From assembly GCA_051294905.1 (NCBI GenBank), contig CM119371.1:6138001-6202000 (forward strand): a stretch of DNA of 64,000 bases. Reading direction: 5' to 3'. The notes under the pieces are model-generated. The model ran no database searches. It was not told the origin of the DNA and worked only from the letters and a program-made list of their open reading frames with translations. A program made the position numbers and the translations under genes. Every line of letters starts with the position of its first letter. Position 1 is the stretch's first letter. Shown piece after piece: positions 35,633 through 49,794 of the stretch. Origin of the DNA: Botryllus schlosseri. Its lineage: Eukaryota.

Positions 35633-38600
35633 GGGGAGGAAGGGCCCCGTGACACTCATATTCAGTGAATTTTCAATTTTTTCTCACCCGATTTCGTAAA
35701 CAGAAAAATTTCGCGCTTGAAAATTATCGCCACCGTAATTATGGTCACCGTAAATACTATATTATTGAAATCCAAATTTTTCTACTGCAATAACTGGGTT
35801 TCTAGCGGTTGGAGTGGAGAGCAAAGTGGGTGTGCAGCGGTTTACGAAACGTGTCGGAGTGCACATCGAACATCATCCTCAGAGGGATCAGGATCGGGAT
35901 TGGCTGGAAGAAAAGAAAACACATTTTCTGCATATTGAAAAATTGCTAACCCGTTGGTGCCCGCCCGCCCGCCCGCCCGCCCGCCCTACGATCGAGATCG
36001 CCCGATGCTACAGTTGCAGTGCAGAACGACACTTGGTGTGCTATCGCCGACTACCTAAGCCTGTCGAAGCACGTAATACACTGTCGCTCGTGCAAGAGAA
36101 GGTTGGCAGAGCCGGTATTGCGCGAATTTCAAGCGACGGGTGGTCGCGACGGGTGGTCCTTTTCAGACTAGGGCGAGTGCTGATAATTCTCCAACTACTA
36201 GTAGTCCCTCTACCTTTCATATTTATTGGAGTTTTGGTTGTTATAAGGTTGGTATGCCTCCCTTTCTCTCGTTTGCTGAGTGCGCTCGGCTCTTTTCCGA
36301 CAAATGACAAGTAAACCCGGTCCGTATTGAGGCGCGTCGAGTCGCGTCGGTCGCAGGCGGACAGGGCTATCGGCGGCGGCTGTTTTATTTTTTGATTCGT
36401 ACTCGTTCGGGTCGGATTCCGTCGCATGTTTTGTTTGTGATTTTGTTGTGGGTAGTTGTGTGACCAGACGTGAGTTTTGACTGTAAAGTCGTTTTGTCAA
36501 GTGGGTCCGAGCCAGTATATACGTTACGTCAGATAACCCTAACCTTGGCCTTTGTAAATACTAGTCTGCTCAGATGTACGATTAGGATTCTTCGGCACAC
36601 GGTTGTTCGATTCCGATTCCGAACGGCATTATTCGGATTAGCGTGGATTTTTGGTCGAGATTGTTCGGCTTCGGGCGGATAGTTTCTCAGAGACTCGAGC
36701 TGTTGGACGGACGCGGATTGTCAGAAATCAATATCCGCTGATCGATCTCTGATTCGTTGTTGAAATTCCTGTTTATACTGTACTTCACCCCGGTCGACAC
36801 CAATATTCGACTGAAGCAGAAATCTCGAATAAATATCCTGGCGCAGCGCTTTCTGTGACGACAAAGTAGTGCAACGCGCGCACGCGTCGCTTTTCACCGT
36901 CATTCTAGGCAGGTCGTAACCGTGCCGGGACTTGTTAATGCAAGCCCTTTTTATTCTTTATCCACGTAGCTTTTTATCAGCATTCTAGGCAGGGCGTAAC
37001 CGTGCCGGGACTTGTTAATGCAAGCCCTTTTTATTCTTTATCCACGTAGCTTTTTATCAGCATTCTAGGCAGGGCGTAACCGTGCCGGGACTTGTTGCTA
37101 TAAGCCCCTATTCGCTTCTTTCACCATCATCCTAGGCAGGGCGTAACCATACCGTATTCTTTCGCTCTTCTTTTTCGCCTTTGGTGGGATTCGAAGCCCG
37201 TCTCTTCTGGGCGGCGCGGCGAGGCAAGCGCAGTGCTCTTACCCATTAGGCCACGACGCCCTCGAGAACGGTAGACGATACGCGGCAATTCGTTTTCACA
37301 CGCTCGCGTCATCCGCTGGGGGTCTCTCGCGTTTGCGCGCTCCCACCATCCGCGAACGGGCGGGCGGGCGGGCGGGCGGGCGGGCTCGCTCGCTCGCTCG
37401 TAGTTGGGTTCCGAGCGTGCACGATGGCACGGGCACTCAAAAATGAATCGAGTAACGATTTTCAAGATTCGAATCGTGTAGTGATACATGACTTCTTAGC
37501 GTACTGAAATTATACGATCTTGTCGCTACGCTAAAAGTTGAATTATAGTTTCGTTGCAATTTCCCAATTTGTTACTTTTAAAAACTCGATTGGTCGCGTT
37601 GCGGCATACGAAGCCGGGTGCGTCATTGTATATGAGATATCAATGAAGTCGTGGTCGAGCCGCGGCAACAGTGACAATGCATGCGCAATAGGACTGTTGA
37701 AAAATAACCTTAATTCCTGAATCTTGCTGGTTACGTGATTAAATCGTTAGGTTGCCTTGAAAAACGACGTACACCAAATTTGAATTCATTCTAACCGATA
37801 TTCGCGGATTTCGTACAGCATGAAAATTTTGAATTTGCCTAAAAATGCAAAAAAAAATTTTTTTCAAATCTTTCTTTTTGCCAACCAACCCCATGAAATT
37901 GTTGCGCTGTCTTCAAAAATGATGCAAAACAAATTTGACTCAATTCCAAGCCGTAGAAGTGGAGTTATTTCAGTTTTTCTTTGATAATTCTGGGATTATC
38001 CTTGATCGGTGGATCATCCCAGAATTATCATCAAAAATGCGCAATTAAACGGGTACGCTCGAAAATATGCCTGGCTGCCCTGCCGCAATAACATTTAATC
38101 CGACGCGAAATTGACATTTTATTCGCTGTGGCCACGCTACATGTATCATTTGTATACATTTAAATTTCCACGTCGTTCTCATTGATAATCGAACAGTCGA
38201 CACGTCTCGAAGTCCAATACACATTTTCGTCTACTTATGACTGACCCGTCGTTTCCGATTGCCTATCGCTCTTTTAATTTAGAGTCCCAATTTCCGGCGC
38301 GGCGCTCCACGCTCAGGCTCTCGCTCTCCCCCGTGGCGAGCGACGGCCGATCAATGGGCTTTTGCCGCGTCGTAGTACTGGCTGGCGACGTGGCAGAACC
38401 GGGCTGCGTTCACCGCCTGACAGGTCTGAACTGCCCCTCGGATGAGCGCGGGTCCGATAGGGCTGCGGGTCTTGCTAGCTCCGCGAAACGCGGCTTTAGG
38501 AAGTAGAAGTGTTGATTTTGCACAGCTCGATCGAGCCGCCCCGCCGTCGAAAACCGGTCGTTTACGCAGCCGCGACGTCTCGCGCGGATCCGGAACGGGC

Positions 38601-38867
38601 GCGCCGGTCAGCGCGCGAACACGCTCCGCCCCGCGAACCCATTCGGGTCGGTCGGCCACTTCCGGGGTCGGCACCACGGCCCCGGTCACGACGAACACTA
38701 GCACAGAAAGCCGTGCCCCGACCGGCGTCGGCCGTCGCCGAGAGCTTCTTCGTTTCGTTCGCGTCTGCTCGTTCGGCAGACGTTGGTTATATAGTAATTT
38801 GCGCCGTTTCCCGATTTCTACAACAACTGCTGAAATATTTACCGTTCTATTCGTACGTACAAGCACG

Positions 38868-39404
38868 ATGTCAGCCGCCAAGAAAACTACGACGACGCCG
38901 AGTCACGCTCCTTTCAAGGACATGATCGTCGCCGCCATCAAGAAGCTGGGCGACAAGAAAGGCTCCTCGCGTCAAGCCATCAAAAAGCACGTTTTGAGCA
39001 GCAACAAAGTCACCGAGCAGTCGACTAAAACCAACCTGAACCGGACTCTCGCAAAAATGCTCGCGTCCGGCCAGCTCGTCCACCCGAAGAACAGCACGGG
39101 ACGGTACAAGCTCGCCGCTCCGAAGGCCCCGGCCCAGCAGGCAGCCAAAAAGAAGACCGTCGTCGCCAAGAAGAAGAAACCGGCCGCCAAGAAGGCCGCC
39201 GTCGGCAAGGAATCGACCAAAAAAACTACGGCCAAAAAGCCCAAAGCGAAGAAGACTCCCGTCAAGAAAGCAGCGGCCAAGAAATCGGCAACGGTCAAGA
39301 AGAGCGCCGCCAAAAAGCCGGCTGCCAAGAGACCCGCTTCGAAAAAATCGCCGAAAAAAGTGGTCAAGAAGGCTGCCAAAAAGACCTCAGCCAAGAAGAA
39401 GTAA
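38868..39404 (+). CDS. H1: Histone H1, copy 2
   Basis: Same protein as 25996-26532. Confidence 0.93.
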   Translation: MSAAKKTTTTPSHAPFKDMIVAAIKKLGDKKGSSRQAIKKHVLSSNKVTEQSTKTNLNRTLAKMLASGQLVHPKNSTGRYKLAAPKAPAQQAAKKKTVVAKKKKPAAKKAAVGKESTKKTTAKKPKAKKTPVKKAAAKKSATVKKSAAKKPAAKRPASKKSPKKVVKKAAKKTSAKKK

Positions 39405-39440
39405 ACGCTGGCGTGTGTCGTCAACACCTCCACTATTAAC

Positions 39441-39456
39441 GGCTCTTTTCAGGGCC
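39441..39456 (+). terminator. Histone 3' stem-loop (H1); also 26569, 47144
   Basis: GGCTCT-TTTC-AGGGCC. Confidence 0.9.
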
Positions 39457-39772
39457 ATCCAAAGTTGATGTTTACGCTCATAGAGTACGGACAGGCTGCC
39501 GCAGTTACGCGACGGCCGGCCAGACTTGTAGTACAAATTGCGCATTTAGTTAGTTGACGGTTCAATTTGTTGAGCAGTTCTAGTTTTAGCCGCGCACTTG
39601 GTACAAGTCGGGTGGTTTATAGAAAAAGTAATTGGAGTCGGTTGATCGGGAAGGAAGTAAGTAAGTAAGTAAGTAAGTGAGTAACTAACTAACTAACTAA
39701 CTTGATTAAATACTATTCGATCGACCAAAATAAGGCGGCGATATCCTCTGCTAATTTTCAACAAGTTCGGGT

Positions 39773-39788
39773 GGCTCTGAAAAGAGCC
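39773..39788 (-). terminator. Histone 3' stem-loop (H4); also 26901, 47476
   Basis: GGCTCT-TTTC-AGAGCC on the minus strand. Confidence 0.92.
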
Positions 39789-39820
39789 GTTTTCGTCTTG
39801 TGATCGCAGTAGCGAGTCGC

Positions 39821-40177
<357 letters not shown>

Positions 40178-40278
40178 TCAATAGCGAATGGCACGCTTCG
40201 GCACTCAACGCATTACGTGAAGGTCGCCAGCGGACGTTCTCGAAACGCGTCTAGCGCGCCAATTTCGACGGCCGAGTA

Positions 40279-40286
40279 TAAATAGC
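40279..40286 (+). promoter_or_regulatory. H3 TATA box in the H4/H3 divergent promoter; CATTC cap-site motif ~40318
   Basis: TATAAATA about 100 bp upstream of the H3 ATG; retained upstream of both retroelement copies. Confidence 0.6.
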
Positions 40287-40358
40287 CTCGCGTGACACGC
40301 CGGACGATTACTAGTGGCATTCAGCGACGACCGAGAATTTTAGAAATTTCGTACGTAA

Positions 40359-40793
<435 letters not shown>

Positions 40794-40825
40794 GCTGCTG
40801 GCGACTAGCACGACGCAAAATAAAC

Positions 40826-40841
40826 GGCTCTTTTCAGAGCC
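40826..40841 (+). terminator. Histone 3' stem-loop (H3); also 33123
   Basis: GGCTCT-TTTC-AGAGCC followed by ACCC. Confidence 0.92.
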
Positions 40842-41170
40842 ACCCGAACTTCACGGTATCGAGAGAGTTTAGAATCAGCGCGCTGTTATCAGTTTTATAA
40901 TTATTGTCATCGCGGCATGTTGCCTTCCGCAGCGTCCGTTTCACAGCGCGCGCGCTACTTTGTAATACACAAACCAGTCTGGAAGATTCGCATCCCACGA
41001 ACCTCTCACGGCAGATAAGCTACCCATGTAATACACGAACCCGTCTCGTTCATCGCACTGCAGGTACCGGAAACGCAACTTACCACCTGGCGTAAATAAC
41101 AGAGTACGGCATAACAACTGAATTGATAACGCTTGCGAGAGCAAGCAAGTCAAAACGCACAAGAGCGGGT

Positions 41171-41186
41171 GGCCCTTACAAGGGCC
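41171..41186 (-). terminator. Histone 3' stem-loop (H2B) with atypical loop; also 33468
   Basis: GGCCCT-TGTA-AGGGCC then ACCC on the minus strand. Confidence 0.8.
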
Positions 41187-41220
41187 GTTGTTTGCGATTT
41201 TCGGCGTCGAGCACAACCAT

Positions 41221-41580
41221 CTACTTAGAGCTGGTGTACTTGGTGACGGCTTTGGTGCCTTCAGACACGGCGTGCTTGGCCAGTTCGCCGGGCAGCAAGA
41301 GCCTGACGGCGGTCTGGATCTCGCGGCTGCTGATGGTCGAGCGCTTGTTGTAGTGTGCGAGACGAGACGACTCGCTGGCGATCCTCTCGAAGACGTCGTT
41401 GACGAACGAGTTCATGATGCTCATGGCCTTGCTGGAGATTCCAGTGTCGGGATGCACCTGCTTCAGCACCTTGTAGATGTAGATGCTGAAGCTTTCCTTT
41501 CGCCTCGACTTTCTTTTCTTCTTGCCGTCTTTCGGCGTTTGCTTCTTTACGAGCTTCTTTGAACCTTTGCTGGCGACCAT
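41221..41580 (-). CDS. H2B: Histone H2B, copy 2
   Basis: Same protein as 33518-33877. Confidence 0.98.
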   Translation of the reverse strand: MVASKGSKKLVKKQTPKDGKKKRKSRRKESFSIYIYKVLKQVHPDTGISSKAMSIMNSFVNDVFERIASESSRLAHYNKRSTISSREIQTAVRLLLPGELAKHAVSEGTKAVTKYTSSK

Positions 41581-41853
41581 TATGCTATTCTGTAGTTTTG
41601 CCGCGATGAGCTGCTTGCACGTGAGTATATACGAATTGATTCTGGCGCCAAGGCGCAGAACGTTTATATAGTCGGGCGTATGCTAATGAAGCGAACAGCG
41701 AATGCACGAAACGAGACAGCTGCGTCACGGATTATTTTGGCGCATGAATTAGCCGTCTCTCGTTTCATGTCACAATGCTGTGACACGGGCGAGCTATAAA
41801 GCGCCAGTTGTGCGCCCTCGAATTCATTTATCGAAAAGATACTACCTATCTAG

Positions 41854-42246
<393 letters not shown>

Positions 42247-42277
42247 GCGCATCGCAAAAGCCTTCATCATCACAAAC

Positions 42278-42293
42278 GGCACTTTTCAGTGCC
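42278..42293 (+). terminator. Histone 3' stem-loop (H2A); also 34575
   Basis: GGCACT-TTTC-AGTGCC. Confidence 0.88.
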
Positions 42294-43148
42294 ACCCGAT
42301 CGAGCAGGTTTTACGAAATTGTATACACACTTACATGTCATTGCGCGCGCAGTATAATCATAAGACTGAGACTCGAGCGAGCCTAGAGTACAGCGTTTTC
42401 AAAGCAATACTTGTATGGTTACGGCGATGTACATTGTCGAACAATTTTGTCTGGAATTGAATAGAATAGTGTTTACGGTGGCCAACTAGAATTAGACGCG
42501 CTCGACGGGTGGCGGGCGGTACGGCGGCGGCGCCGCCTTGATTGCTCAGCGGGTGTCTGTCACCGCTATTGCTTGCAAACGACTTGCTGAGGCGAGCGAC
42601 GCAATACACAATTCCCAATACACAAGCCGGTATGCCTGATGCGTGAATCAAAAAAAGGCTGAGCGCACTCAGCCGCCTCTGTCAAGAGATACGTACCTTC
42701 AAATACAACCAAATACTCCAATGTCTGGGTCGTACGGAGCAGGGGCGTACTAGTACTTGGAGAGTCGTAAGTACTGGTGCGGGTAGAAAGGATCTCGTAT
42801 GTTACGTCTTACAGTTGGGACCTGCCGTCGCTTGGAATTTTGTTGTTCGGCGCAATTCCGTTGTTCGCGCAAAGTTACAGTGTAAGTGTCGAGGTTCGGG
42901 TTTCGACACGATTAGGTACTCGGGCGATACCAAACCAAGCGCCGTTCTGTTCTGTGACGTCGCAGCGAGTGGGTGATCCCGCCGGCGCCCAACGGTTTTG
43001 TTCGTGACGCGCCGACAAAGTGTTTCAATGTACTGCGCAGACTCTTTACTCCCTAGTGACGACGACGACGACGATGATGACGATGATGATGATGATGTGT
43101 GATGATGATGATGATGTGTGATGAATACTCCGACACGTCGGAGCGTGC

Positions 43149-43335
43149 AGGCCAAACTTGGAGGTGCTGCAATACCAAGGTGACCCACGGCGGAGGCGCA
43201 GCAAGCCGCAAACTCTCCACCAACGCTGCAAAAATCAAATTAATACACAGAGGGGGTCGATGACCCCCGTTACAGGTATTAACCTATAAAGAACAGATAC
43301 TACACTTGATCTTAGCCATAGGGCCGAGAAGCGAT
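43149..43335 (-). ncRNA. U2: U2 snRNA, copy 2
   Basis: Same sequence as 35446-35632, offset 7703. Confidence 0.95.
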
Positions 43336-46300
43336 GGGGAGGAAGGGCCCCGTGACACTCATATTCAGTGAATTTTCAATTTTTTCTCACCCGATTTCGT
43401 AAACAGAAAAATTTCGCGCTTGAAAATTATCGCCACCGTAATTATGGTCACCGTAAATACTATATTATTGAAATCCAAATTTTTCTACTGCAATAACTGG
43501 GTTTCTAGCGGTTGGAGTGGAGAGCAAAGTGGGTGTGCAGCGGTTTACGAAACGTGTCGGAGTGCACATCGAACATCATCCTCAGAGGGATCAGGATCGG
43601 GATTGGCTGGAAGAAAAGAAAACACATTTTCTGCATATTGAAAAATTGCTAACCCGTTGGTGCCCGCCCGCCCGCCCGCCCGCCCGCCCTACGATCGAGA
43701 TCGCCCGATGCTACAGTTGCAGTGCAGAACGACACTTGGTGTGCTATCGCCGACTACCTAAGCCTGTCGAAGCACGTAATACACTGTCGCTCGTGCAAGA
43801 GAAGGTTGGCAGAGCCGGTATTGCGCGAATTTCAAGCGACGGGTGGTCGCGACGGGTGGTCCTTTTCAGACTAGGGCGAGTGCTGATAATTCTCCAACTA
43901 CTAGTAGTCCCTCTACCTTTCATATTTATTGGAGTTTTGGTTGTTATAAGGTTGGTATGCCTCCCTTTCTCTCGTTTGCTGAGTGCGCTCGGCTCTTTTC
44001 CGACAAATGACAAGTAAACCCGGTCCGTATTGAGGCGCGTCGAGTCGCGTCGGTCGCAGGCGGACAGGGCTATCGGCGGCGGCTGTTTTATTTTTTGATT
44101 CGTACTCGTTCGGGTCGGATTCCGTCGCATGTTTTGTTTGTGATTTTGTTGTGGGTAGTTGTGTGACCAGACGTGAGTTTTGACTGTAAAGTCGTTTTGT
44201 CAAGTGGGTCCGAGCCAGTATATACGTTACGTCAGATAACCCTAACCTTGGCCTTTGTAAATACTAGTCTGCTCAGATGTACGATTAGGATTCTTCGGCA
44301 CACGGTTGTTCGATTCCGATTCCGAACGGCATTATTCGGATTAGCGTGGATTTTTGGTCGAGATTGTTCGGCTTCGGGCGGATAGTTTCTCAGAGACTCG
44401 AGCTGTTGGACGGACGCGGATTGTCAGAAATCAATATCCGCTGATCGATCTCTGATTCGTTGTTGAAATTCCTGTTTATACTGTACTTCACCCCGGTCGA
44501 CACCAATATTCGACTGAAGCAGAAATCTCGAATAAATATCCTGGCGCAGCGCTTTCTGTGACGACAAAGTAGTGCAACGCGCGCACGCGTCGCTTTTCAC
44601 CGTCATTCTAGGCAGGTCGTAACCGTGCCGGGACTTGTTAATGCAAGCCCTTTTTATTCTTTATCCACGTAGCTTTTTATCAGCATTCTAGGCAGGGCGT
44701 AACCGTGCCGGGACTTGTTAATGCAAGCCCTTTTTATTCTTTATCCACGTAGCTTTTTATCAGCATTCTAGGCAGGGCGTAACCGTGCCGGGACTTGTTG
44801 CTATAAGCCCCTATTCGCTTCTTTCACCATCATCCTAGGCAGGGCGTAACCATACCGTATTCTTTCGCTCTTCTTTTTCGCCTTTGGTGGGATTCGAAGC
44901 CCGTCTCTTCTGGGCGGCGCGGCGAGGCAAGCGCAGTGCTCTTACCCATTAGGCCACGACGCCCTCGAGAACGGTAGACGATACGCGGCAATTCGTTTTC
45001 ACACGCTCGCGTCATCCGCTGGGGGTCTCTCGCGTTTGCGCGCTCCCACCATCCGCGAACGGGCGGGCGGGCGGGCGGGCGGGCGGGCTCGCTCGCTCGC
45101 TCGTAGTTGGGTTCCGAGCGTGCACGATGGCACGGGCACTCAAAAATGAATCGAGTAACGATTTTCAAGATTCGAATCGTGTAGTGATACATGACTTCTT
45201 AGCGTACTGAAATTATACGATCTTGTCGCTACGCTAAAAGTTGAATTATAGTTTCGTTGCAATTTCCCAATTTGTTACTTTTAAAAACTCGATTGGTCGC
45301 GTTGCGGCATACGAAGCCGGGTGCGTCATTGTATATGAGATATCAATGAAGTCGTGGTCGAGCCGCGGCAACAGTGACAATGCATGCGCAATAGGACTGT
45401 TGAAAAATAACCTTAATTCCTGAATCTTGCTGGTTACGTGATTAAATCGTTAGGTTGCCTTGAAAAACGACGTACACCAAATTTGAATTCATTCTAACCG
45501 ATATTCGCGGATTTCGTACAGCATGAAAATTTTGAATTTGCCTAAAAATGCAAAAAAAAATTTTTTTCAAATCTTTCTTTTTGCCAACCAACCCCATGAA
45601 ATTGTTGCGCTGTCTTCAAAAATGATGCAAAACAAATTTGACTCAATTCCAAGCCGTAGAAGTGGAGTTATTTCAGTTTTTCTTTGATAATTCTGGGATT
45701 ATCCTTGATCGGTGGATCATCCCAGAATTATCATCAAAAATGCGCAATTAAACGGGTACGCTCGAAAATATGCCTGGCTGCCCTGCCGCAATAACATTTA
45801 ATCCGACGCGAAATTGACATTTTATTCGCTGTGGCCACGCTACATGTATCATTTGTATACATTTAAATTTCCACGTCGTTCTCATTGATAATCGAACAGT
45901 CGACACGTCTCGAAGTCCAATACACATTTTCGTCTACTTATGACTGACCCGTCGTTTCCGATTGCCTATCGCTCTTTTAATTTAGAGTCCCAATTTCCGG
46001 CGCGGCGCTCCACGCTCAGGCTCTCGCTCTCCCCCGTGGCGAGCGACGGCCGATCAATGGGCTTTTGCCGCGTCGTAGTACTGGCTGGCGACGTGGCAGA
46101 ACCGGGCTGCGTTCACCGCCTGACAGGTCTGAACTGCCCCTCGGATGAGCGCGGGTCCGATAGGGCTGCGGGTCTTGCTAGCTCCGCGAAACGCGGCTTT
46201 AGGAAGTAGAAGTGTTGATTTTGCACAGCTCGATCGAGCCGCCCCGCCGTCGAAAACCGGTCGTTTACGCAGCCGCGACGTCTCGCGCGGATCCGGAACG

Positions 46301-46570
46301 GGCGCGCCGGTCAGCGCGCGAACACGCTCCGCCCCGCGAACCCATTCGGGTCGGTCGGCCACTTCCGGGGTCGGCACCACGGCCCCGGTCACGACGAACA
46401 CTAGCACAGAAAGCCGTGCCCCGACCGGCGTCGGCCGTCGCCGAGAGCTTCTTCGTTTCGTTCGCGTCTGCTCGTTCGGCAGACGTTGGTTATATAGTAA
46501 TTTGCGCCGTTTCCCGATTTCTACAACAACTGCTGAAATATTTACCGTTCTATTCGTACGTACAAGCACG

Positions 46571-47107
46571 ATGTCAGCCGCCAAGAAAACTACGACGACG
46601 CCGAGTCACGCTCCTTTCAAGGACATGATCGTCGCCGCCATCAAGAAGCTGGGCGACAAGAAAGGCTCCTCGCGTCAAGCCATCAAAAAGCACGTTTTGA
46701 GCAGCAACAAAGTCACCGAGCAGTCGACTAAAACCAACCTGAACCGGACTCTCGCAAAAATGCTCGCGTCCGGCCAGCTCGTCCACCCGAAGAACAGCAC
46801 GGGACGGTACAAGCTCGCCGCTCCGAAGGCCCCGGCCCAGCAGGCAGCCAAAAAGAAGACCGTCGTCGCCAAGAAGAAGAAACCGGCCGCCAAGAAGGCC
46901 GCCGTCGGCAAGGAATCGACCAAAAAAACTACGGCCAAAAAGCCCAAAGCGAAGAAGACTCCCGTCAAGAAAGCAGCGGCCAAGAAATCGGCAACGGTCA
47001 AGAAGAGCGCCGCCAAAAAGCCGGCTGCCAAGAGACCCGCTTCGAAAAAATCGCCGAAAAAAGTGGTCAAGAAGGCTGCCAAAAAGACCTCAGCCAAGAA
47101 GAAGTAA
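46571..47107 (+). CDS. H1: Histone H1, copy 3
   Basis: Same protein. Confidence 0.93.
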   Translation: MSAAKKTTTTPSHAPFKDMIVAAIKKLGDKKGSSRQAIKKHVLSSNKVTEQSTKTNLNRTLAKMLASGQLVHPKNSTGRYKLAAPKAPAQQAAKKKTVVAKKKKPAAKKAAVGKESTKKTTAKKPKAKKTPVKKAAAKKSATVKKSAAKKPAAKRPASKKSPKKVVKKAAKKTSAKKK

Positions 47108-47523
47108 ACGCTGGCGTGTGTCGTCAACACCTCCACTATTAACGGCTCTTTTCAGGGCCATCCAAAGTTGATGTTTACGCTCATAGAGTACGGACAGGCT
47201 GCCGCAGTTACGCGACGGCCGGCCAGACTTGTAGTACAAATTGCGCATTTAGTTAGTTGACGGTTCAATTTGTTGAGCAGTTCTAGTTTTAGCCGCGCAC
47301 TTGGTACAAGTCGGGTGGTTTATAGAAAAAGTAATTGGAGTCGGTTGATCGGGAAGGAAGTAAGTAAGTAAGTAAGTAAGTGAGTAACTAACTAACTAAC
47401 TAACTTGATTAAATACTATTCGATCGACCAAAATAAGGCGGCGATATCCTCTGCTAATTTTCAACAAGTTCGGGTGGCTCTGAAAAGAGCCGTTTTCGTC
47501 TTGTGATCGCAGTAGCGAGTCGC

Positions 47524-47880
<357 letters not shown>

Positions 47881-48234
47881 TCAATAGCGAATGGCACGCT
47901 TCGGCACTCAACGCATTACGTGAAGGTCGCCAGCGGACGTTCTCGAAACGCGTCTAGCGCGCCAATTTCGACGGCCGAGTATAAATAGCCTCGCGTGACA
48001 CGCCGGACGATTACTAGTGGCATTCAGCGACGACCGAGAATTTTAGAAATTTCGTACGTAAATCGGAGAGAGAGACAGTGACAGTATGGCAAGAACAAAG
48101 CAAACCGCGTTGTTGAAATAGACATTTCACATTTCTACTGCACGTCAGTAACGATCGAAAAAAATGTCAGGAAGAGGGAAGGGTGGTAAAGGACTGGGAA
48201 AAGGAGGCGCCCGCAAGCAGCTCGCTTAAGGAGT

Positions 48235-49773
48235 ATGTCTGCGACGGGTGTAGAGAGGGGTACGGCCCCAATGGATTATGCCAATGCGGCAGGAGCAACC
48301 ATGCCAATGGATAGATCGTGTGATCTGAAGGTCAAACTGGACAAACCGCCAACGAGCAAAGAGGTACTGAGTTTCTTTAATAAAGTAGGAATCAATAAGG
48401 AAGAAGTTGATGGACTAATTAGATTTCCAAACGGACAATGTGATATCACATTCCGAACTAGAGCGATGGCGGTAATAGCAGACAGGAACATGAGAAAAAT
48501 GAAATCGGAAGGGATATCCCTTCCGTTCCACAATTTATACATTGCAGAAAATGTGGCAATTTACCTCAGCTGGGTGCCGGCCTGCATGGGGAATGGATTA
48601 ATAGCACAGCACTTTGAGAACAACTATGGACCGGTAAAAAGTATATACGAACAAAGGGATGACCTGGGATACAGGAATGGTATAAGAAGTGTACTCATTG
48701 AGAAGAGGTATGTGGATGAAAACCCCATTAAATCCTACATATACATAAACAGGTTCAGAATCGCTGTCAAATATCGGGGGCAAACGCAAACTTGTGCACT
48801 ATGTGAAGGGCCGGGACACATTGCCAGAATGTGCCCGGAAAAACTACGCCAAACTACCCAGCAACAGGGTAACCAAAGAAGGCAGCCCTTCAGGAATCCG
48901 CTTTACGATTACGTGAAGCCGGTTGTCCCGCAAGAGGCTGCTAGAGAGCAAGCGCCGACACCCACGCGTCCAAAAGGACACGACGATCTATCGCAGGACC
49001 GCTACAGCGACCAGCCACCAGAGGGAGACGCTAAGTCGGAAGAAATGACGTCGCCGAAAGCGTCAGAGGCCGGGAGCCAATCAGAGAGCGAGGAACAACG
49101 AGAGGGATCAGCTGCTAGTGGCGTGATGCCCATACATGGAGGTGAGAGACGAGAGACAAACTCTGACGATGAGCAGGAGGAGAAACCAGACGCCGGAACG
49201 GCCGAGCAGCAAGGCGCGGCTGCAAATTCATTCAGCGAAGAGCTGCGGCCAGTGAAGGATGTTGTTGCGGATCTCAAAGACGTACTAACCAAGTCGCAAA
49301 GTTCGGAAGACAGCAGTTCGGTATTTCAGAGTGAGCAGGCTAACTGGTTAATTCAATCTGAACCTTTTTTCAACAGCCCTAAGATCAGAGACAATAAGAG
49401 AAGCCATAAAAGCACGGACTCTGAGGAAAGCGCAACACTCATAAGACATTTCAGCTATGCGGGAGAGCGAAAAGGAACAATCGCATGTCAAGGATGTGGA
49501 AGGCCCGTAGCCTACCTAGCAAACTCGAAGGTATGCACATGCATGGTGTGTAACATTGAACATTCTTTTATACAGTCATGCTGCGACGAAAAGGAAATCT
49601 TGATAATCACGGGAGAAGCGCTAAACAGAAGACACACTATAAGCTGCGGGATATGCAACAGGGCGTGCATCATCACCGACTGCTGTGGCATGCTGGTAAG
49701 CGAGGCATCTGCCAAGCTATACAAGAAATGCAAAATATGCAGGAAGCCAAAAATAAAAAGAAAAGACAACTAG
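48235..49773 (+). CDS. Retrotransposon ORF1, copy 2
   Basis: Translation identical to 27660-29198. Confidence 0.88.
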   Translation: MSATGVERGTAPMDYANAAGATMPMDRSCDLKVKLDKPPTSKEVLSFFNKVGINKEEVDGLIRFPNGQCDITFRTRAMAVIADRNMRKMKSEGISLPFHNLYIAENVAIYLSWVPACMGNGLIAQHFENNYGPVKSIYEQRDDLGYRNGIRSVLIEKRYVDENPIKSYIYINRFRIAVKYRGQTQTCALCEGPGHIARMCPEKLRQTTQQQGNQRRQPFRNPLYDYVKPVVPQEAAREQAPTPTRPKGHDDLSQDRYSDQPPEGDAKSEEMTSPKASEAGSQSESEEQREGSAASGVMPIHGGERRETNSDDEQEEKPDAGTAEQQGAAANSFSEELRPVKDVVADLKDVLTKSQSSEDSSSVFQSEQANWLIQSEPFFNSPKIRDNKRSHKSTDSEESATLIRHFSYAGERKGTIACQGCGRPVAYLANSKVCTCMVCNIEHSFIQSCCDEKEILIITGEALNRRHTISCGICNRACIITDCCGMLVSEASAKLYKKCKICRKPKIKRKDN

Positions 49774-49794
49774 TGAGGTACTTTAGATAGGGAA

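Noticed and set aside
35728-35760. Two CACCGTAA motifs resembling a vertebrate snRNA PSE
   Set aside because: Wrong strand and distance for U2, and no recognisable snRNA downstream on the plus strand.
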